From an uncultured Chloroflexia bacterium (GTDB taxonomy: Bacteria; Chloroflexota; Anaerolineae; JAAYZQ01), in assembly GCA_963700285.1 (NCBI GenBank), contig CAVOXA010000022.1, forward strand, positions 192,001 through 256,000: a stretch of DNA of 64,000 nt. Reading direction: 5' to 3'. The position numbers and the translations under genes were made by a program. A model generated the notes under the pieces. It saw nothing but the letters and a program-made list of their open reading frames with translations, was not told the origin of the DNA and searched no databases. Shown here piece by piece: positions 52,001-61,340 of this stretch (its first letter is position 1; the number at the start of each line of letters is the position of its first letter).

Positions 52001-53325
52001 GCCGCCGGGGAGATGGCCGGCTACACCCGCCAGGCCGGGCTGGGGCCCTGGACGCAGTTGGCCGACGAGGGCATGCGCCTGCAGGTGCTCAACGCCATGG
52101 GCCGCTACGACGAGGTGCTGGCCGCGGTGGAGGCGCTGCGGCCGGGGATGGAGGCGCTGCCCCTGGAGAGCGAGGCCGAGGAGACGGCCAACCCCTGGAA
52201 CGTGCGCGAGGGGCTGCTGGACACCGGCCGCGCGGCTGCCGTGCGCAGCGAGCGCTGGGAGGCGGCGCTGGCGCTCAACGCCGAGATGGTGGAGGTCACC
52301 AGAGGCGCGGGGCGCCGGCGCGCTGGAGCTGGCCCGCGCCCGCTTCAACGACTACGGCCCCCTGCTGCGCCTGAGACGCTACGCCGAGGCGCGCGCCCTG
52401 CTCCTGGAGTGCCGGGCCGTCTTTGAGGAGGAGCGGGACGTCGCGATGCTGGGCAAGGTCTACGGCGCCCTGGCCGACCTGGAGGACAAGACCGGGGACC
52501 GGGCCGCGGCCGTGCGCTTCGAGGAGGTCGCCCTGGGGTTCACGTACCAGGCCGGCGATCCGGAGGACTGCGCCATCAGCCACAACAACCTGGCCAACTA
52601 CCTGGAGCGCCAGGGCGCCGATCCGGCTGCCGTCCTGGCCCAGCGCCTGGCCGCGGCCGTCATCTGGCTGCAGATGCAGTCTGGCCGGCTTCGCCACCAC
52701 CCTGCGCAATCTGGCCCGTTCCGATCTGCCGCCCGCGCCGCCCCCCTTCGCCGCCGTCGTCGCAGGCGTGGAGGCCGTGGAGGGCGTGCGCTTCCGGGCG
52801 CTGTTCGAGCGCCTGCCCCGCACCGCCCCCGACGGCGACGCCGCCCTGGCCGCCGTGTGGCAGATGGTGGCGGAGGAGAAGGGGCGCAGGCAGCGACAGG
52901 AGGCCGTGCTGGCCTCGCTGCCCGCCGCCGTCCGGGCCGCCTTTGAGCTGGAGGATGAGGCCTTCCGCGCTGCCCTGCGTGCAGCGCTGGACGATCTGCC
53001 CGAGGAGGAGGCGGAGGCTGTTGTACAGCAACTGCGAGAGGCGGGCTTGATCGGCGGTTCAGGCGGGCCGGACATGGCGCGGGTGCTGCGCGAGTTCGAG
53101 CCGCTGCTGCGGGGCATCGCCGCCGCGGCGGGCGACGAGGGCCTGCGGGACGACATCGAGCCCGCACTGGCGCAAGTGGAGGAGAACGGCTGGATGCTGA
53201 GGGACGCTGCCCATCGCATCTGGGCCGGCGAGCGGGACCCGGCGGCCCTCACCGCGGGCCTGGACGAGCAGGACAGCGCGCTGGTGCGCCGCGTGCTGGA
53301 CCTGCTGGCCGATCCCTCGTCGTAG
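49067..53325 (+). CDS. CHAT (caspase-like) + STAND/NB-ARC-type ATPase + TPR-like repeat protein; several frameshifts
   Basis: VHLSGHG and LILDACYS His/Cys dyad; FVGR, GMPGAGKT, LLVLDNLE, ITSR and GHPKLL STAND motifs; helical repeats (ISHNNLANYL); ORF pieces tile 49067-53325. Confidence 0.82.
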
Positions 53326-53336
53326 GGCGTCCTGGA

Positions 53337-53422
53337 CCGCGAAGGACACGAAAGGGGCGAAAGACACGAAAGGGGGAGTCGCACCTTTCGCGCCTTTCGC
53401 CCAATTTCGCGCTTTTCGTGTT
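53337..53422. repeat. (C/G)(A/G)CGAA-type short-period palindromic repeat
   Basis: gcgaaggacacgaaaggggcgaaagacacgaaag ... ctttcgcgcctttcgcccaatttcgcgcttttcgtg. Confidence 0.6.
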
Positions 53423-53461
53423 CCAAAGGCCCGACCCAAGGTAAAAGAAAGGAGCCGAGCC

Positions 53462-54683
53462 ATGGACACAGACACCTATCTCATCCTGCGCGTCACGGGC
53501 ACCAGGGGGCCGGCCTACGACCCCCTCCGGCCCTCCACCTGGCCCAAGGGCGTTTCAGGGCGAACCGGCGGCCGCGCCCGACTACCAGGTCGAGGCCCAG
53601 GCGCTGGACGCCCGCGACTACCGCGAGGCGCGCAGCGACCCCCAGGTCGCCGGCCTGGCCCGGCCCATGCCCCTGCGGCTCATCGAGCCGGTCCCAATGG
53701 CGTCGGATGACGCCGCCGCGGCCAACGCCTATGGCGCCACCTGGGGCGTGTACGTCACCGGCGCCTTGCAGAGCCCCTACGTGGGCCGCGGCGTGACCGT
53801 GGCCGTGCTGGACACGGGCATCGACGCCGGCCACGAGGCGTTCCAGGGCCTGACCCTGGTCCAGAAGGATTTCACCGGCGAGGGCGACGGCGACGCCCAC
53901 GGCCACGGCACCCACGTGGCCGGCACGATCTTCGGCCAGACGGTCGGCGGCACCCGCTACGCCGTGGCGCCCGGCGTGCGCCGCGCCCTCATCGGCAAGG
54001 TGCTGGGCCAGGAGACCTCGGCCACGACGGCGGAACTGGTGGCCGCCATCCAGTGGGCGGTGGACGAGGGCGCGTCGGTCGTCAACATGTCGCTGGGCTT
54101 TGACTTTCCGGGGCTGGTCCAGTGGTGGGCGGGGCAGGGCCTGGAGATCGACCTGGCCACCTCGCGGGCCCTGGCCCAGTACCGGGACAACGTGCGCTTT
54201 TTCGACAGCCTGGTCGGCCTGCTGCGCGCCCGCGGCGCCCTGGAGCCCAGCGCCCTGCTCGTCGCCGCCGCCGGCAACGAGAGCAAGCGCCAGGTCCGGG
54301 CCGACTATGCCATCGAGGCCGGGCCGCCCGCCGCGGCCGAGGGCATCGTGGCCGTGGCCGCCCTGCGCAGCCTGGGCCCGCCCCACGACACGCTGGCGGT
54401 GGCGCCCTTTTCCAACACCCGCGCCGCCGTGGCCGGGCCGGGCATGGACGTCTATTCGGCCCGGGCGGGCGGCGGCTATACGACCATGAACGGCACCAGC
54501 ATGGCCAGCCCCCACGCCGCCGGCGTGGCCGCGCTCTGGGCCGAGCGGCAGCTCAATCGCAGCGGCTCGGTGACCATCAGCGGCCTCAGGTCCCGGCTGC
54601 GGGGCACCGCTACCCTGGACAAGATCCTGGACGCGGACTATATGGACGTCGGCGACGGGCTGGTCGCCGCGCCGCAGGACTGA
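53462..54683 (+). CDS. S8 subtilisin-like serine peptidase without a signal peptide; frameshift in the N-terminal part
   Basis: VAVLDTGID, HGHGTHVAG, AAAGN and GTSMASPH catalytic motifs; AAGGAG RBS before ATG 53462. Confidence 0.9.
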
Positions 54684-54689
54684 GAAGCG

Positions 54690-55081
54690 CCGGCTACGAA
54701 CGGGTGGCTGCCGGGTGGGGACCCGTTCGTAGTGCGCGTTTCAACGCGCTCTCGCCGGCCACGAACGGGTGGCTGCCGGGTGGACCCGTTCGTAGCGCGC
54801 GTTTCAACGCGCTCTCGCCGGCCACGAACGGGGGCTGCCGGGTGTGGACCCGTTCGTAGTGCGCGTTTCAACGCGCTCTCGCCGGCCACGAACGGGCGGC
54901 TGCCGGGTGGGGACCCGTTCGTAGTGCGCGTTTCAACGCGCTCTCGCCGGCCACGAACGGGTGGCTGCCGGGTGGGGACCCGTTCGTAGTGCGCGTTTCA
55001 ACGCGCTCTCGCCGGCCACGAACGGGTGGCTGCCGGGTGGGGACCCGTTCGTAGTGCGCGTTTCAACGCGCTCTCGCCGGC
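54690..55081 (+). repeat. Tandem array of 6 x ~61-62 bp GTAG-family REP units
   Basis: gacccgttcGTAGtgcgcgtttcaacgcgctctcgccggccacgaacgggtggctgccgggtggg repeated. Confidence 0.93.
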
Positions 55082-55842
55082 CCCTCAAAAAAGCCACAGA
55101 AACGCTCAAACCCCAGCCGCTCATAGATGCGCACCGCCCCCTCGTTGGCCTGGCCGACGTTGAGCACGACGTCGTCGATGCCCTGCGCCAGCAGCGCCTC
55201 CACGACGGCGCCGGTCGCCGCCGTGCCATGGCCCCGGCCGCGATAGCCGGGGTGGGTAAAGACGTTGCCCACGGCGGCCACGCCGTAGGTTGGGCTGGCC
55301 AGGTGGGTGCCGCCCACGGAAACCAGCTCTCCCTGCTCATAGATCCCGCAAAATACCCCCTGCTCGATCTGGGCCGGGCTGAAGGCCAGGCCGCCGCCCA
55401 GCTCGTACAGCGCCGCCAGCCGCCCGGCGTCGCCGGCACGCAGCCGGACGCAAGGGGCCGCCGTGGGTTGGAACCTCGACGGCCGCAGCACCATGCGCCA
55501 CATGGGCACCGGCTCCGGCCAGTCGTAGAACTCGCGGGCCAGCGGCACCTGCTCCGGCCGGCAGGTCAGATAGACCGGGTCGGGGCGCAGCTCCTGCTCG
55601 AGGATGGCCCGCAGGCCGCCCGCCGTCCCGGCCAGGAACAGGGCGGCGGGGGTCAGGCCGCGATAGTGCAGGACCAGCGCCTGCTGGACGCCGGCCTGCC
55701 AGGCCCCGGCCCAGGTGCAGTCCTCGAACAGCCCCGGCTCCAGGTCGCCGATGGCATAGGCCGTGTAGAGGCGGTCCTGCTCCAGGTAGGCCAGGATCTG
55801 GGCCCGGTCCTCGAGCCTGGAGGTGTGGTAGGCTGAGGTCAT
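55063..55842 (-). CDS. GNAT family N-acetyltransferase
   Basis: VGNVFTHPGYRGRGHG, NEGAVRIYERLGF; GGAGGAAGG RBS. Confidence 0.9.
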   Translation of the reverse strand: MTSAYHTSRLEDRAQILAYLEQDRLYTAYAIGDLEPGLFEDCTWAGAWQAGVQQALVLHYRGLTPAALFLAGTAGGLRAILEQELRPDPVYLTCRPEQVPLAREFYDWPEPVPMWRMVLRPSRFQPTAAPCVRLRAGDAGRLAALYELGGGLAFSPAQIEQGVFCGIYEQGELVSVGGTHLASPTYGVAAVGNVFTHPGYRGRGHGTAATGAVVEALLAQGIDDVVLNVGQANEGAVRIYERLGFERFCGFFEGPARAR

Positions 55843-55956
55843 TCCTTCCTCCCACGCAGCAACATGGCGGTTGCCCCTGTCTGGGGCTGATCCCGCCGCC
55901 CCAAGCCCTCCGGTCACGGACCGGAGGAGAGCAGCGCCGAGGAGCGGCGCAGATGG

Positions 55957-57321
55957 CTAGCGCACCACCAGTGGCAGCCAGAGCGCGTGGGGGACCCAGG
56001 CGTGCCCATAGATCTGGCTGCTCACGGTCGGGTCGCCGGTCGCATCGCCTTCAAAGGCGATGAGATAGGTGGGCGGGCTCGCTGCTACCGCGGGACTGCT
56101 CTCCTCCCAGAACTCTGCCCCGGGGACACTGAGCCACTCCGCCGCCAGTCCTTCGCCCCAGCGCCGCGCGGCGATCGCCTGCCCGTTGGGCATCGCCCGC
56201 TGCCAGACGGCCAGATATTCGGGCGGGCTGTCCCGGCTGGCCACGATGACGGGTTGTGTTTCGTCCTGGGCCAGGTTGCTGACGGCGAACCACGTCCCCA
56301 CGGTTGCGCCCTTCTTGTTCACCTTGCGGGCATAGATATCGCGGTCTGTTGGCTGGAACTCGTACTCCCAGACGGCCAGATAGTCGCCCTTGCCGTCGGC
56401 GGTCACGCGTGGCGCGGTCTGGTTCTGGACCCCCGAGTGGATCTTGATCGCCCCTGGTGGGTTGACCACGGCATTGTCGTGGCTTATCCGCAGGCCATAA
56501 ATATCGTCGCCGGTGGTCTCCAGGCTGTACGACCGGACAAAGACCACAAAGTACTCGTCCTCGGCCCAGCCGTAGGCCACGTCGGCCTGGTGGGGATAGG
56601 TAGAGGTGGTGAGAACGCGGCCCTGCAACAGATTGCCTTCGTTGTCTAGGAGCACGCTGGAGACGTCGGTGGGGTGATGCGGAGTTGTCGTATCAAAAGC
56701 CGTCCAGACGACCAGGTACTGGTTCCGGTTGTGGTTCCAGGCCACGCGTGGCGCCACCATTGATCGGTCCGGCCAGGAGATGATCTTGAACTCGGGTTTC
56801 TGGTAGGATCCGTCCCAGGCGACGATCCGGCCCCAGATCTCGTACTGGGTCCCGTTGCCGCTGGCGTCGTACATCCAGACGATCAGGTACTCGGCGTCCG
56901 CGGCGTTGTAAGCGGCCGCCGGTCGAATCCGGTCGCTGGCCCCCGTTGTGATGGCGAGCCAGCTCAGCTTGCGGCCGTGCTGGGTTACGCGCCGGGCATA
57001 GATGTCCCTCCGCCCGTCAGGCCACTCGTTGTCCCAGACCACCAGGTATTCGCCTCGGACATAGTTGGCCGCGATGGCGGGGGAGTGCCGGTCCGCTTGG
57101 GGCATGCCGGCTGCCTCGGAGATCCAGATCTCGGGGCTGAGACGCCCCTGGTGGGCCCTGTTTTCCCCCGGCGACGCGCCGGCCAGTGGAGTTTTTCCCC
57201 CCTCCTGCGGGGCGGTGGGAGCCCCGGCGGCCGGGAATGCCCGCCCCGTGGAGAATGCCCGCGGCGGCAGCAGCACAACGGCCGCGATCAGCAGCGCGAA
57301 CGACAGCTTCCGGGCGAACAT
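55957..57321 (-). CDS. Secreted repeat (propeller-like) protein with YLVVW...DIYAR repeats
   Basis: Signal peptide, repeated PxVA(Y/W)N...YLVVW units; ends LWLPLVVR. Confidence 0.85.
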   Translation of the reverse strand: MFARKLSFALLIAAVVLLPPRAFSTGRAFPAAGAPTAPQEGGKTPLAGASPGENRAHQGRLSPEIWISEAAGMPQADRHSPAIAANYVRGEYLVVWDNEWPDGRRDIYARRVTQHGRKLSWLAITTGASDRIRPAAAYNAADAEYLIVWMYDASGNGTQYEIWGRIVAWDGSYQKPEFKIISWPDRSMVAPRVAWNHNRNQYLVVWTAFDTTTPHHPTDVSSVLLDNEGNLLQGRVLTTSTYPHQADVAYGWAEDEYFVVFVRSYSLETTGDDIYGLRISHDNAVVNPPGAIKIHSGVQNQTAPRVTADGKGDYLAVWEYEFQPTDRDIYARKVNKKGATVGTWFAVSNLAQDETQPVIVASRDSPPEYLAVWQRAMPNGQAIAARRWGEGLAAEWLSVPGAEFWEESSPAVAASPPTYLIAFEGDATGDPTVSSQIYGHAWVPHALWLPLVVR

Positions 57322-57815
57322 GGTACCTCCCTTCTACCTACTCTATCCCATCGCGACCGGATCGCCAGAACCCGCAGATCCCATTATAGTTGAGCAAGGG
57401 CCGCCTGTCAACCCTGGGCGACCTTGTACTGTGCCTATCATCTGGGGATTGGTGGTTTCTACTGAAAACAGTCTACTCCATACCGTCCCCGGATTACACC
57501 CAAAACTCCTCCCTGAAGGGGATAGATGCAGCGGCGCGCCTGTGCTATAATGGTTCCATTGACCTTGCTGCGGCGGTCTTCCCAGGGCCGCCGCCGGCTG
57601 GATGGGCATGGTTGCCACAGCTGCTTGGTTGGCCTGGGCCCCTCGGAGGCGGTGCTGTCTGGAGGGCCAAACACCCTCTGGCGGCCATACCCAGTGGCTG
57701 TGTGTTTGCGAAGCGGTTGCGGGCAGCGGGATGGCCTGCGAGGAGGTGTTGCCAATGTAAGACCGGCTCCGGGTTTGGCTCTCTATCAATATCCATCTCA
57801 GGGAGGAGTGAAACG

Positions 57816-58319
57816 ATGAAAAAGACTAGATTGGTCGTGCTTATTGTGTTGGCGTTACTGCTGGTGATCGCGTCCACAGCCTGGGCCGCGCCGGCCGAGG
57901 CCGCGCCGGCGGCCAAGAAAGCAGCCTGCGGCAGTTGCACCTACCACGTGAAAAAGGGCGACACCCTGTATTCCATTGGCGTGCGATTCGGGGTATCGGC
58001 CAAGACGCTGAAGAACTGCAACCGCATCAAGAACGCCAACAAGATCTATGTGGGCCAGAAGCTGGTGGTGCCCTGCAAAAAGGTGGCCAAGCACCCCGTA
58101 AAGCCGCCCAAGAGACCGCCCGTAAAGCCGCCCGCCAAGCGCACCCCGAACTGCCGAATACTCTATGTTGTCCAGCCGGGCGATACGCTGTCCGGAATCG
58201 CCAGGTACACCTGTTCGACGGTGGGTGCCATCTCCCAGCGGAACCACATCTGGAACCCAAATTGCATCCGTTCGGGCCAGAGGCTCTGCATCCCCATCCG
58301 GCCCTATTGGTGCAGGTAG
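57816..58319 (+). CDS. Secreted Cys-containing protein with two LysM domains and a basic Pro/Lys linker
   Basis: [13 protein letters not shown]...IYVGQKL and [13 protein letters not shown]...IRSGQRL; GGAGG RBS. Confidence 0.92.
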   Translation: MKKTRLVVLIVLALLLVIASTAWAAPAEAAPAAKKAACGSCTYHVKKGDTLYSIGVRFGVSAKTLKNCNRIKNANKIYVGQKLVVPCKKVAKHPVKPPKRPPVKPPAKRTPNCRILYVVQPGDTLSGIARYTCSTVGAISQRNHIWNPNCIRSGQRLCIPIRPYWCR

Positions 58320-58409
58320 ACCCGATGACACGATGAGACCTGGCAGGTTTCAGCATCCGCCGGATGCCCAGCATCCGCCCTGTCAGGTCTCTTGACCTGC
58401 AAATTGACC

Positions 58410-59273
58410 ATGCCCCAACCCACAATCCGCATGCTTGGCCCTGGCGACGAAGGCTTGCTGGAGGCCTTTTTGCTGCCCCGCGTGGCGACCTCCATGTTTC
58501 TCATCGGCAACATGCGCGATGCCGGCCTGGCCGACCAGGGCCAGCGCTACCAGGGCGCCTACGCCGCCGCCTTTGAGGGCGGGCAGATCGCGGCCGTGGT
58601 CGCCCACTATTGGAACGGAAACCTGGTCCTGCAGGCACCGCGCCACCTGGACGCCCTGCAGATGGCTGCCGTCGCGGCCTCGGGCCGGCCCATCCAGGGC
58701 ATCCTCGGCCCCGATGAGCAGGTAGCAGCCGCCAGGCAAGTGCTCGACATAAACGACTCCCGCGTCCGGCTGGACGAGACCGAAAAGCTCTACAGCCTCT
58801 CTCTGGCCGACCTGAGGACGCCGGAGCCCCTGCGCTCGGGCCGGCTCCGCGGGCGGCGCATCGAGCCCCGCGACCTGGATCTCATCGTGCAATGGCACGT
58901 GGCCTTTAGCCTAGAGTCGCTGGGCGAGGTGGATAGCCCGGAACTGCGCGCGCAGGAACGGGCTACGATACAGAGCCTGCTGCAGGAAGGGCGCACCTGG
59001 ATCCTCGAGGACCGCGGCCAGCCCGTGGCCACCAGTTCCTTCAACGCCTCCATCGCGGAGGCGGTACAGATCGGTGGCGTTTGGACCCCGCCCGAATTGC
59101 GCAGCCGCGGCTACGGCCGGGCAGCGGTCGCCGCCTCGCTGCTCGACGCTCGGAATGAGGGCGCCACCACGGCCATTCTTTTCACCCCGCAGGGCAACAT
59201 CCCCGCCCAGCGGGCCTACGAAGCCCTGGGCTTCCGGCACATTGGCGAGTACCGCCTGCTCCTGCTTCACTGA
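58410..59273 (+). CDS. GNAT family N-acetyltransferase
   Basis: QIGGVWTPPELRSRGYG, NIPAQRAYEALGF. Confidence 0.9.
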   Translation: MPQPTIRMLGPGDEGLLEAFLLPRVATSMFLIGNMRDAGLADQGQRYQGAYAAAFEGGQIAAVVAHYWNGNLVLQAPRHLDALQMAAVAASGRPIQGILGPDEQVAAARQVLDINDSRVRLDETEKLYSLSLADLRTPEPLRSGRLRGRRIEPRDLDLIVQWHVAFSLESLGEVDSPELRAQERATIQSLLQEGRTWILEDRGQPVATSSFNASIAEAVQIGGVWTPPELRSRGYGRAAVAASLLDARNEGATTAILFTPQGNIPAQRAYEALGFRHIGEYRLLLLH

Positions 59274-59343
59274 TCCCTTGATGGGCGCAGGTCACCTCAA
59301 GACTTTCAAAGTTTTCTGAAACTTTGGAAATCTGACGTCCCAG

Positions 59344-59904
59344 CTAGTGATGGTGATGATGGTGATGCTCGTGCAGGTGCTCATGCGGCACGGCCTCCAG
59401 CTCAAAGTCCTTCTCCCCGGCGCGGATTGCCACCTGGAGCCGGTTCTCCGGTGGGGGAAAGGGACAGCTATAGTGCGCCGAGTAGGCACACCAGGGATTG
59501 TAGGCCAGGTTAAAGTCCACTTCAAAACGGTCCCGGCCCACCGGCTCGATCTCCAGGTAGCGTCCGGCGCCGTAGGTTTCCCGCCCGCTGGTGGCATCGG
59601 CAAAGGGCACAAAGGCCTCGCCGTCGCCCGCCGAATAGACGGTCAGCTCGGCCGGCTGGCCCTCTACCTCAAAGCGGAACCTGCCATAGCGGACATAGTC
59701 CTGGACGTCACCCGTGCTCGTCTGCATCTTGATCGTCTGTGGATCCTTGAATCGCTCCACCTTGACCTCAAAGCGCAGGTCCGGGTTTTCCGGGTAGTAG
59801 GCCAGGCCCGAAAAGCTTTGCCGTAGGGCAGGCGGCAGCGGTGACTGCGCGTCCTCCCTGAAAAAGTGGTCCTTGTTCGCGCGAAACTCGGCTAGTTGTG
59901 ACAT
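59344..59904 (-). CDS. DUF1684 family protein with a His-rich tail
   Basis: FADATSGRETYGAGRYL, DFNLAYNPWCAY...CPFPPPEN, RAGEK; AGGAG RBS before ATG 59904. Confidence 0.92.
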   Translation of the reverse strand: MSQLAEFRANKDHFFREDAQSPLPPALRQSFSGLAYYPENPDLRFEVKVERFKDPQTIKMQTSTGDVQDYVRYGRFRFEVEGQPAELTVYSAGDGEAFVPFADATSGRETYGAGRYLEIEPVGRDRFEVDFNLAYNPWCAYSAHYSCPFPPPENRLQVAIRAGEKDFELEAVPHEHLHEHHHHHHH

Positions 59905-60147
59905 TTTCTCTCCTATGTCTGCGGTTTTGCCAGCGTCAAGGTCATCGTTCCCTTGCTCCAGTCCTCTGGACGCGTCCTGCTTGTCCGATCTTACGACCTC
60001 AGAGGTTGGGGAAACCTTCCGAAGTCCAGATCCGCCAATCCCGCCCATCCGTGTTCCAAACGAGCCCCCGGAACCCCGACTTGACTTGAGCCGCGATCCT
60101 GCTACAATCCACCACACAAACCACAACCATCGAGAGCAGGTGACAGG

Positions 60148-60942
60148 ATGCAGATAAGATCCATAGAGAACGCGGTAGACTGGGTCAAAACAGCGGGTGC
60201 CATCGCCCTACAGGCTCAACAGGGGGACGACTTTGTGCGGAGAAGCTACAAGGCGGACGGATCCGTCCTGACCGAGATAGACAAGCGGGTCGAGGACTAT
60301 ATGGTGGCGCAGATCTTGGAGGCCTACCCCCAGGCCAACATCGTCACCGAAGAGACACCTTTGCCTTTCGATCCCGCCAAGGCCTACACCTTTGCCCTGG
60401 ACCCCATCGACGGTACCGATGTCTTTAGCCTGGGCATGCCCGGCTGGTGCGTGTCGCTGGGGCTGCTGGACAGGGAGCTGGCGCCGGTGGCCGGCATTCT
60501 GTACTCCCCCAGGTTGGATCTGCTCCTCTTTGCCGACCTGGGCCAGCCCCTGCGCGGCCAAGGCTGCGAGATCGTGCCGCCGCGCACGGTGGATCTGGCC
60601 TCCGCCCGGTCGAGCCTGATGGCCTCATCCCGGATCCACCGCCACCTGGACCTGGGGCCCTACGTGGGCAAGGTGCGCAGCATCGGCAGCGCCGCCCTGC
60701 ACCTCAGCTTCCCGCTGATCTATCCTACGGTAGATGGCGCCCTCCAGCACCGGGGCGTCCACATCTGGGATCTGGCCGGGGCGCACGCGCTGCTGCGCTC
60801 CCACGGTCTGGACCTGGCCTATCTGGGCGGGCAGCCCGTAGACTATGGCCCGCTGCTGGACGGCAGCGCCACCCGGGAGGTCATCGTCGCCGGCTCGTCC
60901 CAGGCGGTCGAGGGCCTGCGCCGGCTCCTGCCCAGGCACTGA
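60148..60942 (+). CDS. Inositol monophosphatase family protein
   Basis: TEE, LDPIDGT, GSAAL and IWDLAGA motifs. Confidence 0.92.
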   Translation: MQIRSIENAVDWVKTAGAIALQAQQGDDFVRRSYKADGSVLTEIDKRVEDYMVAQILEAYPQANIVTEETPLPFDPAKAYTFALDPIDGTDVFSLGMPGWCVSLGLLDRELAPVAGILYSPRLDLLLFADLGQPLRGQGCEIVPPRTVDLASARSSLMASSRIHRHLDLGPYVGKVRSIGSAALHLSFPLIYPTVDGALQHRGVHIWDLAGAHALLRSHGLDLAYLGGQPVDYGPLLDGSATREVIVAGSSQAVEGLRRLLPRH

Positions 60943-61010
60943 GCGCGCCCCGCTGGATCCGGGCCATCGCACCGGCGGCGCAGAACCCTTGGCGAAGGCA
61001 GTGTATGCTT

Positions 61011-61340
61011 GTCTGGCCAGGCGGGAATCCACACCACCGGTAACCGTTACCGCCGCAGAGTGGATGCCCGCTAGAACCATGCGGGCATGACAGGTGAGCG
61101 CTGGTGGTCATGACGTGCACCGAAATGATGCGCTGCGTTGGCCAGGGAACGGTTCAATTCCGGCGGAAATGCCACCAAGCTGATCTGTCATTCCCGCATG
61201 CTTTTGGCGGGAATCCACACCACCGGCAAGCGTTACCGCCGCAGAGTGGATGCCCGCTAGAACCATGCGGGCATGACAGGATCGTTGGTGGATGCCCGCT
61301 AGAACCATGCGGGCATGACAGGATCGTTGGTGGATGCCCG
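61011..61340. repeat. Cluster of GTCAT(T/G)CCCGC palindromic repeats with an internal ~41-bp duplication
   Basis: ggatgcccgctagaaccatgcgggcatgacagg occurs three times; same family as 10836-10928. Confidence 0.85.

Noticed and set aside
48829-52374. 1181-aa ORF taken at face value
   Set aside because: Its first ~220 and last ~400 residues are off-frame Arg/Gly/Pro-rich text. The real protein switches frames and starts at ATG 49067.
8280-53325. Functional link between the orphan TerL and the STAND sensor (some Avs proteins detect terminases)
   Set aside because: They are 40 kb apart and nothing in the sequence links them; this is analogy only.
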